Positions 13,056-25,745 of a stretch of DNA of 64,000 nt are shown piece by piece; position 1 is the first letter of the stretch, and every line of letters starts with the position of its first letter. The stretch is from contig OX597831.1 in NCBI GenBank assembly GCA_951406725.2, positions 22,940,001-23,004,000 of the forward strand, given 5' to 3'. This DNA is from Octopus vulgaris. Its lineage: Eukaryota. The notes beneath the pieces were generated by a model. The model did no database searches, had not been told where the DNA came from, and saw only the letters and a program-made list of their open reading frames with translations. A program made the position numbers and the translations under genes.

Positions 13056-13252
13056 CCAAACTCTCACTCTCTTTCATTCTCCCCAGACACACACACACAA
13101 ACACAGACACAAGCTCTCTCTCTCTACACACACACACACTCAGACACACAAACACTCTCTCTGTTACATACACCACCCACTCAATGAAATAATTTCAACG
13201 TTTCTCTTCATACTCACTCTCCTTTTTATTACACACACACACACACACATAC

Positions 13253-13321
13253 CGTTGTCCATTCAAAGAACGATTCCACGAGGTTGAAGAGGCTGTATCT
13301 CTTAAAGCAGCTTACAAAAGA
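13253..13321 (-). other. Candidate 69-nt exon of an unidentified host gene
   Basis: Branch site TACTAAC (13408-13414), polypyrimidine tract, AG-free zone up to tgtttgcag|, donor CG|GTATGT; phase-0 frame open: SFVSCFKRYSLFNLVESFFEWTT. Confidence 0.5.
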
Positions 13322-13938
13322 CTGCAAACAGTGATGACAGATGGAGCCGACGAAGATCCACCCACACAAAAAAACCAGGGCAAAAAAAAAAAAGACGGAG
13401 AAAAGGTGTTAGTAGTGACAGAACATGGGATGTGTATCTACAACATCTTAGGTCACTCACCTGGTTTCTTTATGTTAAGTCTCCGTCTCCTCATTACATT
13501 CTTACATTTTTATCTATCATTCATCCCCAGTTTCTATCACTGCATCGTGAAGCCTGTGGTACCTGCAGCTATCACCTTTTATCGCTCTACCTTCCTTCTG
13601 TTACGTCAAATGTGCATTAAGGGAGCGTGTTGGATTTCTAGCATATGCAATTCTCTTGTCACTCCCATACCATCACAGCTAACAATACACACACGCACAC
13701 ACATACACGCACACATACACACACACATATATATACATGATGCACACACATACAAAAATATGCATGCATATTTATATTTGTAAAAAATATGTCTTTATAT
13801 TGTATGTATATATTTTTCCACAGTTTTTTCTTCTCATTCCTGTTTTGATTCATAGACTAATAAATATACATGTGAGTATATATATATATGTGCATGTATA
13901 CATATGTATGTCTATATGTGTATACATATGTATGTATA

Positions 13939-13989
<51 letters not shown>

Positions 13990-14002
13990 GTACTTTCTTT
14001 TA

Positions 14003-14370
14003 TTCTTTTACTTTTTGCAGTCCATTGACTGCGGCCATGCTGGGGTATACTTATTCTATCGACCCTTTTATCGAACCGCTAAGTTGCGGGGACATAAACA
14101 CGGCAGAATCGTTTGTCAAGCGATATTGCGGGACAAATGCAGTCACAAAAACAGACACACACATATACATACATATATATATATATATATATATCTAAAG
14201 AAGCCTGTCGTAAATATATATTTATGATAGGCTTCTTTCAGTTTCCACCTAGCAAATCCACTCACAAGGCTTTATTTGGCCCGAGGCTGAAGGTGCCATG
14301 CTGTGGGACTGAACCCGGAACCATGTAATTAGTTAGCAAGCTACTTACCACACAGCCACTTCTGTGCCTA
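14003..14370 (-). mobile_element. SINE family A
   Basis: Colinear with the 8610 copy, with internal deletions. Confidence 0.85.
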
Positions 14371-15119
14371 TATATATATACACACACACACACATATTTA
14401 TATATATATATATATGTACATTTATGTATGTGTATGTATAAATGTGTGCATGTCTAAATATACGTTTCTGTATATGATTATAGACCTGAGAAACTTCCAT
14501 GTTAAATAAATAGACCTCCTCGCAGTCAGATGTAAAACCTGTGTTCCATTCACACAACACACAAATTCTGTTGATTTTTTTCTCTTATATTTCATTCTTC
14601 CTGTCATACAGACCAAACACAAATTCACAAAAACAATAAAGGTAAAAAAAAAAAAAACCATTGGCCTACACCAACAAACCCTGCCCCGTATACCAAATAA
14701 GGTGGAATCTTGGTCAGTTCTGTTGTTCTTGCTAATGTTCCTTGTTTTCTGGCTTTTGTGTCTTTTGTTTAATTTACCAAACAGCTTCATTCACTGTACA
14801 CACAATTGGAATGAATGCAGGAAGCAATTAATTAAGCTAAAATAAGATTAGCTGTGTTGTAAATGATTGGTTTCTCGGCTAATGCAAATAATGTAAATAT
14901 ATGTAGGCAAGGTTAGTATATCTGTTGGTATATTCATTGACCTCTCCGTCTAGATTAGCTGGGGGTTGTTGAAATCTGCATGGAAATAAATGAGTTAACA
15001 ATGTAGCAATGTAGGTATGACACAACAGGTGTTGAATTCGTTTTTGCTGGATGTCTTTTGCAGTGGGTGGCTCACATATACATATAAATACATACATACA
15101 TACATATGTTTACGGCCAT

Positions 15120-15560
15120 ATCACTTTGAAATTTTTGTTGATATTTGCTTCGACCTCGCAATGTATATATCTAAATTTCAGTGACAGTATACAACCATTC
15201 TATCGCCCCACCACCGAACATACCTCTACGAGAGATTTAGAAATTTAGTATTTCTGATTTTGATTATCAGTGAATAGACTTCACTGAAATTTAGATATAT
15301 ACATTGCGAGGTCGAGGCAAATATCAACAGCTGACCAGTGTCTGCTAGTCTAGGCCGACGAAGGACAATCATCCTGAAACACGTGTCCCTAGATGCAGCC
15401 CGGGCGGCTGGGGGTACTTGTCTCCCCTTCGTAAATGTATATAAGGACACAGGAAAAATGTGTCAAAGCCATCAGGAGGCGTCGATGCTTCCTAGGGCTA
15501 AACAGCGGTGGTGTACCCCCTACTGTCACGTTCATGTTAGATTGACAGTATACGACCGTA
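15120..15560 (+). mobile_element. Penelope-like non-autonomous element with partial inverted duplication
   Basis: 49-bp inverted repeat 15136-15184 / 15281-15329 (1 mismatch); 15-nt direct repeat tgacagtatac(a/g)acc at 15182 and 15543; contains a hammerhead. Confidence 0.65.
15349..15393 (+). ncRNA. Type I minimal hammerhead ribozyme (U4C variant), GUC site after 15387
   Basis: tctagg-CCGACGA-agga caatca tcct-GAAA-cacgtg-TC-cctaga: perfect 6-bp stem I, 4-bp stem II, palindromic stem III ACACGTGT. Confidence 0.85.
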
Positions 15561-15606
15561 TCATATATAAATATTGATCAAAGTGTACAATATTATATAT
15601 CCAGTA

Positions 15607-15699
15607 CGGCTGATCTTACCAATTGGTTTCATGATATGTATTCAACGGAGTGTTAGGTACAGTTTGATTATGTAACCTTGTGCTCATCAGAGGTAGCCA
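15607..15699 (-). ncRNA. Type I hammerhead motif, decayed stem II
   Basis: tggctacct-CTGATGA-..-GAAA-ccaattgg-TA-agatcagccg; palindrome ACCAATTGGT. Confidence 0.6.
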
Positions 15700-16118
15700 T
15701 CATGGAATGAAATATGGTGACTGCTCTCTCTTGTTGGGGATGAATAGACACATCCAGTTTGTGGCTAAATTTTTGTCTTTGACTCTATGAGTCTGACGAG
15801 CTGTCTACAAGGCTTTGACTTTGTTAATGCAAGACCTTGGATAACTCTATGTCTAGGATATAAGATTCTTGTTATAATAATTACTGCTCTATTCTTTCAA
15901 TTATGCTTCTTTTCTGATATATGTTTTATTAATTAACTATATATATATATACACACACACATATATATATATAAAATTATAATTTATGGTATCTAAGAGA
16001 TACCACCACGCTGGAAATAGCAGCCAAAACTTGATTCTAAAACCCTATTAAATGTTCATACAGCACCAGGAGAGAAGACAAAGAGACAAAATAAACTAGT
16101 AAAAGAAATTACTGGATA

Positions 16119-16177
16119 ATTCCAGATACCAGATTTCTGGCCCTGCATATGACATGCTCTGCCTTCATCAGTGGAAT
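16119..16177 (-). ncRNA. Type I minimal hammerhead ribozyme, AUC site
   Basis: attcca-CTGATGA-a-ggc..gcc-a-GAAA-tctggta-TC-tggaat; perfect 6-bp stem I; lies in a ~230-bp element between (TA)n tracts. Confidence 0.75.
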
Positions 16178-16604
16178 ATACTTAGATAGCACATAAATAC
16201 AAATACATATATATATATAACATACGAATACTTACATATACGAACTTATACATACATATATATATATATATGCACGTATGCACACGACCAGTTTAAATTG
16301 CCCGCCTAAAACTCCTTGTGTGATATGGTCAAAACGGTCAAAATAATCATTGTCATCATCACCCTTATCTTCCTCCTCTTCCTCCATATCATTCCCCTCC
16401 TCCTCATTGAAACATCGATGTAATGTCCAGTTTCTCATGCATCATGCTACATACTTACATCATATGTGTCCACACACAGACCCATAAACAAATATACATG
16501 TACACACACTCACAAACATGTGTACATACACACACACATGCACACGCACATACATACACACACACAGCACGCACACACACACACACATGGATACACACAC
16601 ATGC

Positions 16605-16782
16605 AAGAGGCTTCTTTCAGTTTCCCTCAACCAAATTCACTCACTCCACTTACGTAATTTTGGTCAACCCAGGGCTATAGGAGAAGATACTTTACTTACT
16701 CCGGATGTCACATTGGAGGACTGAACCAGAAACCATGTGGTTTGAAGGCAACCTATACATCCTGCAGCCAAGTCTACGCCTG
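16605..16782 (-). mobile_element. SINE family A, 5' half, diverged
   Basis: ggcttctttcagtttcc...ggactgaaccagaaaccatgtggtt. Confidence 0.75.
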
Positions 16783-17348
16783 TACGTACATACATACATA
16801 CATGTGTGTTTGTGTGTGTGTGTATGTGTTACTGTCTCCCTGCCTTGACATTGAGAGACAGTTGTAAATGAGAGTCACTAACATGCAAGCGGTGTCTTAT
16901 ATTTGCAATCTCCCATGAAAACATGCCTGGGCATAGGAAAATGCAATCTTGCTTGGAAACAACGAGGACTTGAACCCAAACACTTATTGGATACAAAGCA
17001 AACACCTTAACCACCAAGCCACCAGTTTGAAGAAATTTCAATTCCAGCGTATATCACGAAACAAAACAGCAATATTTCCCAGGTATTTTGTGTGGAACGA
17101 AGGAACTTGGCAGACAGCTTAGATACCAATTCTGATAATGGGAATAAATACTGCAACATTATGCAACCAGAAAACAGAAAGTTTCAAATCTTGCTTTAAG
17201 TACCTAGATGCGTATATCTAAAAAAATATACGCAAACTTCAATAAATCAACCATTGTTACACTAAATAGGTTTATTTTCGAGAATGAAGCGAAAGCTTTC
17301 AAAATTGATTGTGTACCCTTGAGTATCTATAAATTAATGTGCTTCTTG

Positions 17349-17349
<1 letters not shown>

Positions 17350-17388
<39 letters not shown>

Positions 17389-17479
17389 CTCTATCTATCT
17401 ACATCTCTATAGCCTTCACTCCTCAGTGCATTTGTGTGTGTATGTGTGTTGGTGTGTCTGTGTGTATATATATATGTAG

Positions 17480-17541
<62 letters not shown>

Positions 17542-17612
17542 TTACGTATGTAAATATAGGGATATATATATGTTTATGGATGTATATATAGGTATATATA
17601 TATATATTTATG

Positions 17613-17658
<46 letters not shown>

Positions 17659-18104
17659 TATATATGTATATTTATATAGGTGTTATGTGCATATACATAT
17701 GTTTGTACATATATGTATGTATATATGTGTATGTATGTCTATTTGTGTAGAAACACAAACACACACACACACACTTACACACATACACACACACATATAT
17801 GTATACTTACCTATGCATATGTACATGTATACTTTCACTCACACACAATTTGCTCTGTTTCTGACACTGATTTATCAAATTATGTTATTTCGCATATTTT
17901 CATTTTATTTTTACTTAGGTTTGTTTTTTTTTATCAAATTTGATTCTATATTACAAAAGCGTACACACACACACACACGAGTGTATGTGTGTGAAATGAA
18001 TCTATCTGTGAGTTTGTGTTTATATGTAAATAAATATATCACTTTGTATATGTTGATAAATATATATGTAAACATACATATAATATATGCTCTCTATATA
18101 TATA

Positions 18105-18139
<35 letters not shown>

Positions 18140-18320
18140 TATACATACATATGGATATACATACATATATATACATATATGTGTGTGTGTATTCATATAT
18201 ACATACATATATATATACATACATGCATGCATACATATATATATACATATATATGTGTGTGTGTGTATTCATATATACATACATATATATATACATACAT
18301 ACATGCATGCATATATTCTT
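17350..18320. repeat. (CT)n/(TA)n/(TG)n microsatellite complex
   Basis: Direct inspection. Confidence 0.95.
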
Positions 18321-18852
18321 TTTTATGCTTTTGTGTTTTATTTTCCCCTGTTTTTCATATCTGCCCTCATCACCAAATCCACCATCATGACCACCACCAC
18401 CACCACCACATTCCCAACCCCGCACCCCACCCCACCCCAACCCCGCACAACCCCCCTGAAAATGTTTCTAGAATTATTATACTGATGCTCTAACGCTAAA
18501 ACTGATTAATAGCTGATTAGATTTAATCAATAGGTTCGAGAGAAAATATCTAACATTAATAGAAGGCAAATAGAAAAAAAAAAAGAAAAAGACAAAAAAA
18601 AATTGAAAATAAGTTGATAAATTAATAAACACCAACAGATCAAGTTAGAAACTTTTAACTAAACTCTTGAACAGTTTACAGCTTAACAACAAATAGTTAA
18701 ACACTTAACAGACTTAATATGTTATACATTAATATTTTGCAGTTTTAATACTTTGGAGTCTAACTCCGAACAGGCTAATGTTTTATGTTATATTATTAAT
18801 AGACTTAGCTGACCACGTGCCATCATTGATGATGGCTAATTGTAGTATTTTA

Positions 18853-19255
18853 TCTATATATATAAAGCTGAAGTTGTCTGTGTGTGTGTGTGGCAGGTTT
18901 GGTAGCCTTCAACAAACACTATCTCCTCTGAGATCCTGCGGTGCAAGTTGACCAAAATTGAGATTATGATAGAAGAAGGCTTGCTTTTCATTCCGTTGAA
19001 GAAAAAATTCAAATCGAACCATGTTAAGACCAAAAATTATTTACATCAAGAAGGTGCTTTTTTTGTCTATGAAAATCCCTATTTTTACGATTTTTTTATT
19101 GCTGTTTCGCCATTTTTCGGTGTATTTCAACCAGAAAAATGTCTACTTAAAGAGAATAACAAGCTACATAATGCAAAAGTTTTACTTTTCAAAATTTCCA
19201 ATTCTAAAGGATCGGAAAGGAAACAAACTCGAGCAATGCTGGGCTATACTGCTAG
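18853..19255 (+). mobile_element. Non-autonomous Helitron
   Basis: A|TCtatatatataaa 5' end, subterminal GC hairpin remnant ctcgagcaatgctggg, CTAG|T 3' end. Confidence 0.8.
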
Positions 19256-19532
19256 TATATAGATAAGGTAAAAATAAGGTACATAATAAATCACACATGC
19301 AAGCATTCACATACTTCCCTTGTACATGTGCACACATACACACATATACTCACACAGAGTTGAAATGCTGATTTTATATTTTCACCCCTTCTTTATTCAT
19401 CTATCACCCTTTCCTTTTCCGCATTGTTATTACTTTCTCTCAATCTTTCTCTGTCAGGGCTATTACTCTCACTACTTCTCCTTCACTGAATTACTATTTC
19501 CTCTCCTCTACATCTAGCATGATTCTGGACAA

Positions 19533-19580
<48 letters not shown>

Positions 19581-19584
<4 letters not shown>

Positions 19585-19897
19585 ATTTCGGAATGGTCAT
19601 TTTGCCAGTTTAGCCAATAAAAACACACGCACTATATATTTGGTGTTACTTAGCTTCAGTGTTATTTATTTTTTACATTAATCTTAATCTTATTTTGGCC
19701 AGAGTTCTTTCGTCACACTCCTGAGACCGGATCAGTGGTCCTTTGCTTTCTTCTTTCTTATTTGTGGTTCTCCTTACTAACCGTCAGCCATTTTGTATTT
19801 CTATTGTATGTGTCTTCATTTGAAAAATGACCATTCCGAAATACAACAATATCTGTTTCAACACACGACTTCACATAAAAAATCTTGCACAACAAAT
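19581..19897 (-). mobile_element. Penelope-like terminal fragment with inverted end, in (TA)n
   Basis: Perfect 23-bp inverted repeat ttgtatttcggaatggtcatttt / aaaatgaccattccgaaatacaa; related to 48840-49090 and 52900-53110. Confidence 0.7.
19697..19741 (-). ncRNA. Decayed hammerhead motif
   Basis: ggacca-CTGATCC-g-gtc..gac-GAAA-gaac-TC-tggcc. Confidence 0.5.
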
Positions 19898-20088
19898 ATA
19901 TATCTATATATATATACACAAAATATATAAAAACACTATACTCATTATTATATTAGGAGATAGTATAATATTAAGAGTCTAACACCAAACAGTTTAAGCA
20001 CTTTCCAGTTAATCGGTAAACAGTAAAACATTGAACAGGTTAATGGTAAACAGTCTAACAACAGGTGCTGTAGTGCTGAACAGTCTAA

Positions 20089-20324
20089 TTCTTTTACTTG
20101 TATCAGTCATTTGACTGTGGCCATGCTGGAGCATCGCCTTTCAGTTGAAAGCATCAACCTCCAGGATTTTATTCTTTGTAATCCTGGAACTTATACTATC
20201 GGTCCCTTTTGCTGAACTGCTAAGTTACGAGGATGTAAACACACCAACATCGGTTGTCAAGCAACGATGGGAGGGACAAACACAGACACAAAGACACGCA
20301 CACATAAATATATACATACATACA

Positions 20325-20335
<11 letters not shown>
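20089..20335 (-). mobile_element. SINE family A 3' half (left arm of inverted duplication)
   Basis: Near-identical reverse complement of 20551-20780. Confidence 0.9.
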
Positions 20336-20370
<35 letters not shown>

Positions 20371-20550
20371 ATGAGCTTCTATTAGTTTCTTATTTCTTTA
20401 CTGCCCACAAGGGGTTAAACATAGAAGGGGCTAAACAATTAACAGTCTCATGTTGAACAGTCAACATTGAACAGCCTAATAATAAAAAGCCTAATGCTAG
20501 ACAGTCTCACATTGAACACTGATGATAGTGAACACTCATCATTGAACAGT

Positions 20551-20780
20551 CACACACATATATATATGTATGTATATTTTTATGTCTGTGTGTCTTTGTG
20601 TCTTTGTCCCTTCCATCATTGCTTGACAACCAATGTTGGTGTGTTTACGTCCTCGTAACTTAGCAGTTCAGCAAAAGGGACCAATAGTATAAGTTCCAGG
20701 CTTACAAAGAATAAATCCTGGAGGTTGATGCTTTCAACTGAAAGGCGATGCTCCAGCATGGCCACAGTCAAATGACTGAT
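20551..20780 (+). mobile_element. SINE family A 3' half (right arm of inverted duplication)
   Basis: Shares private variants with 20089-20335. Confidence 0.9.
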
Positions 20781-21061
20781 AATGAAGAGACTGATCAATG
20801 AAGAGTCTAACAATAAACAGTCTCACCTTAAACAGTCAGCATTTAACAATGAACAGTTTAACATTAAACAGCCTAATGCTGAACATATATAACACTAAAC
20901 AACCTGATGCTAATCTGTTTCAGAAAGTTTTATACTTAATATTCTAAAAGGTCTCACTGTGGAAGTCTAACGACCAAATAGTCAAGTATCTAAAGGTCTA
21001 TAATTATAGACAAACTCTAAAAGTCTAACATCAAGTAATCCCGCATTTTCTTTATTTTCTT

Positions 21062-21459
21062 TTATTTTGCTTTCAGTCATTTGACTGTGTCCATGCTGGA
21101 GCACCGCCTTTAGTCAAGCAAATTGACCCCAGGACTTATTCTTTGTAAGCTTAGTACTTATTCTATCGGTCTCTTATATCGAACCGCTAACTGACGGGGA
21201 TGTAAACACACCAGCATCGGTTATCAAGCGATGTTGGGGGGACAAACACAGACACACAAACATATATGATAGATCGGTAACCACTACACGCATTTTTTTT
21301 TCTCTCCTTGTTTCTCTCCTTGTTCCTTTCTGTGGAAGAGTGTCGGCTCGAAATGTAAAAGACTTTTTCAATTCCCAAGCATGTTACTAATACATCTGTT
21401 TATTTTCTACACCACCTGTCTTCGTCTTTTGTTTTTTTCGTGAATTCTCCCTACATACA

Positions 21460-21530
<71 letters not shown>

Positions 21531-21694
21531 GATGGGCTTCTTTCAGTTTCTGTCTACCAAATTCACTCACAAGGCGTTAGTCAGCCCGAGGCTATAGTAG
21601 AAGACACTTGCCCAAGGTGCCATGCAGTGGGACTGAACCTGGAACCATGTGGTTGGTAAGCAAGCCACTTACCACACACCTACTCCTGCGCCTA
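21062..21694 (-). mobile_element. SINE family A split by a hammerhead-bearing insert (21272-21452)
   Basis: Both SINE halves flank a non-SINE insert at the internal microsatellite. Confidence 0.85.
21326..21361 (+). ncRNA. Decayed minimal hammerhead motif
   Basis: cttt-CTGTGGA-a-gagt gtcg gctc-GAAA-tg-TA-aaag. Confidence 0.55.
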
Positions 21695-21731
21695 TTATCT
21701 AACACTCAACAACAACAGTGACAAGAAACAA

Positions 21732-22138
21732 TACCTATTTCTTTACTACCCACAAGGGGCTAAACACAGAGGGGACAAACAGATTAAGTCGATTACATCG
21801 ACCCCAGTACATAACTAGTACTTAATTTATCGACCACGAAAGAATGAAAGGCAAAGTCGACCTCAGTGGAATTTGAACTCAGAACGTAGCAGCAAACGAA
21901 ATACCTATTTCTTTATTACCCACAAGGGGCTAAACACAGAGTGGACAAACAAGGACAGACATAGGTATTAAGTCGATTACATCGACCCCAGTGCGTAACT
22001 GGTATTTAATTTATCAACCTCGAAAGAATGAAAGGCGAAGTCGACCTCGGCAGAATTTGAACTCAGAACGTAGCAGCAAACGAAATACCGCTAAGCATTT
22101 CGCCCGACGTGCTATCATTTCTGCCAGCTCACTGCCTT
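21732..22138 (-). mobile_element. SINE family B, tandem dimer
   Basis: Two head-to-tail ~170-190-bp bodies with one 5' head. Confidence 0.85.
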
Positions 22139-22654
22139 CAACAAACAACGATACCATTAGGCTATTGACGTAAATTTGCATCATATATTGCAGGACTTGA
22201 AAATAAGGTGATATCATTGATGAAATCAATTGATTTCATTTTTTGCTTATTTCTACTGAAGCCTGATGGTTTATTTAAAAGTGGAGGTAGGTGTAAGAAG
22301 ACTAAATCGAAGCAAATGTATTATTCATAAGTATTTTATCAATGTCAAGGAGGAAGAAGAAGAAAAAAAAAACAGAGAAAGATAAAACAAAAACAAGAAG
22401 AAAGAAAAAGAAATGGAAGTGAAAAAGAGAAGCCAAATATAGTGTCAACCTAAAAGGGATTAGATTTCTTAATCTTTACACTCAAGAAATTAAATAGATT
22501 TAGTTCTCTTCTCTGACATTTCACTGTTTTTTTTCTACTTTAAGTTGCTACTCTCTGGAAAAAAAAAAAAGGAAAAAACAAATATCAAACACAACTGTAT
22601 TAAATTATAAAATAATAAGATTACTGCTACTACCACCACCACCACCACCACCTT

Positions 22655-23035
22655 TCGACCCCAAAAGGAGAAAAGGCAAAGTCAACCTCAGCAGCATTTG
22701 AACTCAGAATGGTAAGATGGATGAAATGCTTCTAAGCATTTAGCATAGGCTGCTAATGGTTCTGCCTGCTTGTCACCTTAATAATAATAATGATGATGAT
22801 GATGATGATGATGTTGATGATGTTGATGATAATAATAATAATAGTAATGGTTTCAAATTTTGGCATGAGTCCAGCAATTTTAGGTGAAGAGGTAAGTCAA
22901 TTAATTATATTAACCCCAGTGCTCAACTGGTACTTATTTCATCAGTCCTGAAAGGATGAAAGGCAAAGTTGACCTCGGTGGAATTTGAACTCAGAACGTG
23001 AAGACAGATGAAATGCTACTAAGCAGTTTTGCCCT
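22655..23035 (-). mobile_element. Two SINE family B fragments
   Basis: aaaggcaaagt(c/t)(a/g)acctc..atttgaactcagaa occurs twice. Confidence 0.75.
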
Positions 23036-23038
23036 GTT

Positions 23039-23084
<46 letters not shown>

Positions 23085-23107
23085 CAGTATTAGTGGTAGT
23101 CCTGCCT

Positions 23108-23168
<61 letters not shown>

Positions 23169-23434
23169 ACAGTAGAAATGATTATTATTATTATTTTATT
23201 TCTTCATAGTGATACTAATAACCTGGTGGTGGAACTCAATACAAGTGTCAGTTCAGAACAGAACAGTATCAAGAAATTAATTTGAGGACAAGGGAATAAA
23301 AAAAATATGTAATAAACTTCATTAGCTTGTAGCCGTTTCTGCTATAAGACACACTGCCCTCATAGTTGAGTGCTTGTGTATCACCCTATAACTTCACCAG
23401 AGCTTTTTGCAACATAATAATATACATACATACA

Positions 23435-23481
<47 letters not shown>

Positions 23482-23638
23482 GAAATATGAACACACACAC
23501 ACACACACACATGCATATATATACACATAAGACCACTTCTCTATAGTTTCCCCCTAATAGATATTACTTACAAAGCAATAGTCAGCTTGTGTTTGTGTGT
23601 GTGTGTGTATATATATATATATGCATGCATGTGTGTGT

Positions 23639-23690
<52 letters not shown>

Positions 23691-23742
23691 ATATTTATAC
23701 ATGTGTGAGAGTGTGTGTGTTATATATATATATATATATATA

Positions 23743-23777
<35 letters not shown>

Positions 23778-24024
23778 TACATATATACACACATGTGTAA
23801 TCACACATGCCTGTATGTTGCACATATTGTTATGTACATATCAATGAGCAATTATCATTTATCAATGGAAATTAGTTAAATAACTGCAATTTCGGCTGAA
23901 ATTAGAAAGCAAGTGTTATGCTCTGCCGTCTCTCTATTATACACCGAGTAATTATGGCTTTATTACGATTGACTATTTGCTGCCGGAGAACCGATGTTTA
24001 GAAGTGTTATGTATGTTGTATGAA

Positions 24025-25571
24025 TCACCATCATCGTCATCATTGCCATTGTCAGCATCATCGTCATCGTCAGCATTAGGGTCTTTGTTATTGCTATCAT
24101 AGCCATCATTGTTATTATTGGGCTTTGAAATCATTAGTCATCATCTTCACCATCACAATAGTCATCGTAATCACGGGCATCATCATAATCATCATCATCA
24201 TCATCATCATCATCATTATTAACATAATTATCCTCTTCATCGATATCCTCCTCATCATCATTATTAACCTAATCATCGTCATGATCATCATCATCGTTTT
24301 CATCATCATCATCATCATCATTAATATAATCATCATCCTCATCATTCATCATCCTGTCTCTCCTTCTCCTCCTCCTCCTCCTCTTCCTCCTCGTCTTTAT
24401 CGTCGTCATCGTCACATAAACAATATTATCTTAATCGACGTTAGTCTCATTTTTTAATACGACACTAATAGTTATCATCCCCGCCATCGGTGCCACTGCC
24501 GCCACCACCACCACCACCACCGCCACAACCACCACCACTTTCCACATTGTTGTTATCATCATCAACAGCTGCAGTTCAATAAAAGCAATCACCATGAACA
24601 ATCACCACCTTCGCCACCACCACCACCACCACCACCACCACCACCACCACCACCTCCACCACCACCAACACCAACACCTTCATCATCGTCATTGTTGTAA
24701 TCATCACTCTCAGCAGAAGCAACAGCATTTTTCTCACCATCATCATCATCATCATCATCATCATCATAACCATCATTTTCTCCTTCTCCACCATCACCAC
24801 CATCACCACCACCACCACTACTTCATCATCGTTATCTTCCTCCCCATTCTCCTCCTCATCATAGTTGTTGTCCCTTTTTTTTCAATACAATCATCATCAT
24901 CTTCATTCTCATCACTGCCACTGCTGCTGCCAACACCACCACCACCACCACCATCAACAACAACAACACCACTACCACCATCATCATCATTATCTTCATC
25001 ATCATCATCATCATCCTCCTCATCATCATCATCATCTTCGTCATGTTCATCATCATTTTCATCATCATCGTATTCAACATCACCATCATCATTCTCATCA
25101 CTGCCACTGCTGCTGCCAACACCACTACCACCACCAACACCAACACCACTACCACCATCATCATCATTATCTTCATCATCATCATCCTCACCCTCCTCAT
25201 CATCATCTTCGTCATGTTCATCATCATTTTCATCATCATCGTATTCAACATCACCATCATCATTCTCATCACTGCCACTACTTCTGCCAACACCACCACC
25301 AACAACACCACTACCACCATCATCATCATCATTATCTTCATCATCATCCTCCTCCTCCTCCTCATCCTCATCATCATCTTCATCATGTTCATCATCATTT
25401 TCATCATCATCGTATTCAACATCACCATCATCATTCTCATCACTGCCACTGCTGCTGCTAACATCAACACCACCACCAATATCACCACCACCACCACCAC
25501 CACAACACCACCACCACCATCATCATCATTTACATCATCATCCCTCTCATCCTCCTCCTTATCATCATTTT

Positions 25572-25602
<31 letters not shown>

Positions 25603-25685
25603 ACCATCCTTTTTTAACTTTAATTTGCCTTCATCATAATCATCACCATCAGCAGCTGTACCATCCTTTCCAACCTTAATTTCTC

Positions 25686-25719
<34 letters not shown>

Positions 25720-25745
25720 CCACAGCAGTCATCCTCATCTTCACA
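24025..25745. repeat. (CAT)n/(CAC)n tract with ~175-bp higher-order unit x3 (24890-25460)
   Basis: Block catgttcatcatcattttcatcatcatcgtattcaacatcaccatcatcattctcatcactgccact occurs three times. Confidence 0.9.

Larger units (their letters stand above)
19970..21035. repeat. Degenerate ~15-bp tandem repeat (aacattaaacagtct) interrupted by an inverted SINE pair
   Basis: Recurrent aacagtctaac/attgaacag motifs; similar tract at ~18640-18780. Confidence 0.65.

Noticed and set aside
13331-13783. Plus-strand 150-aa ORF; CCGACGA at ~13347
   Set aside because: No recognisable protein, splice signals favour the minus strand, and no GAAA or stems for a hammerhead
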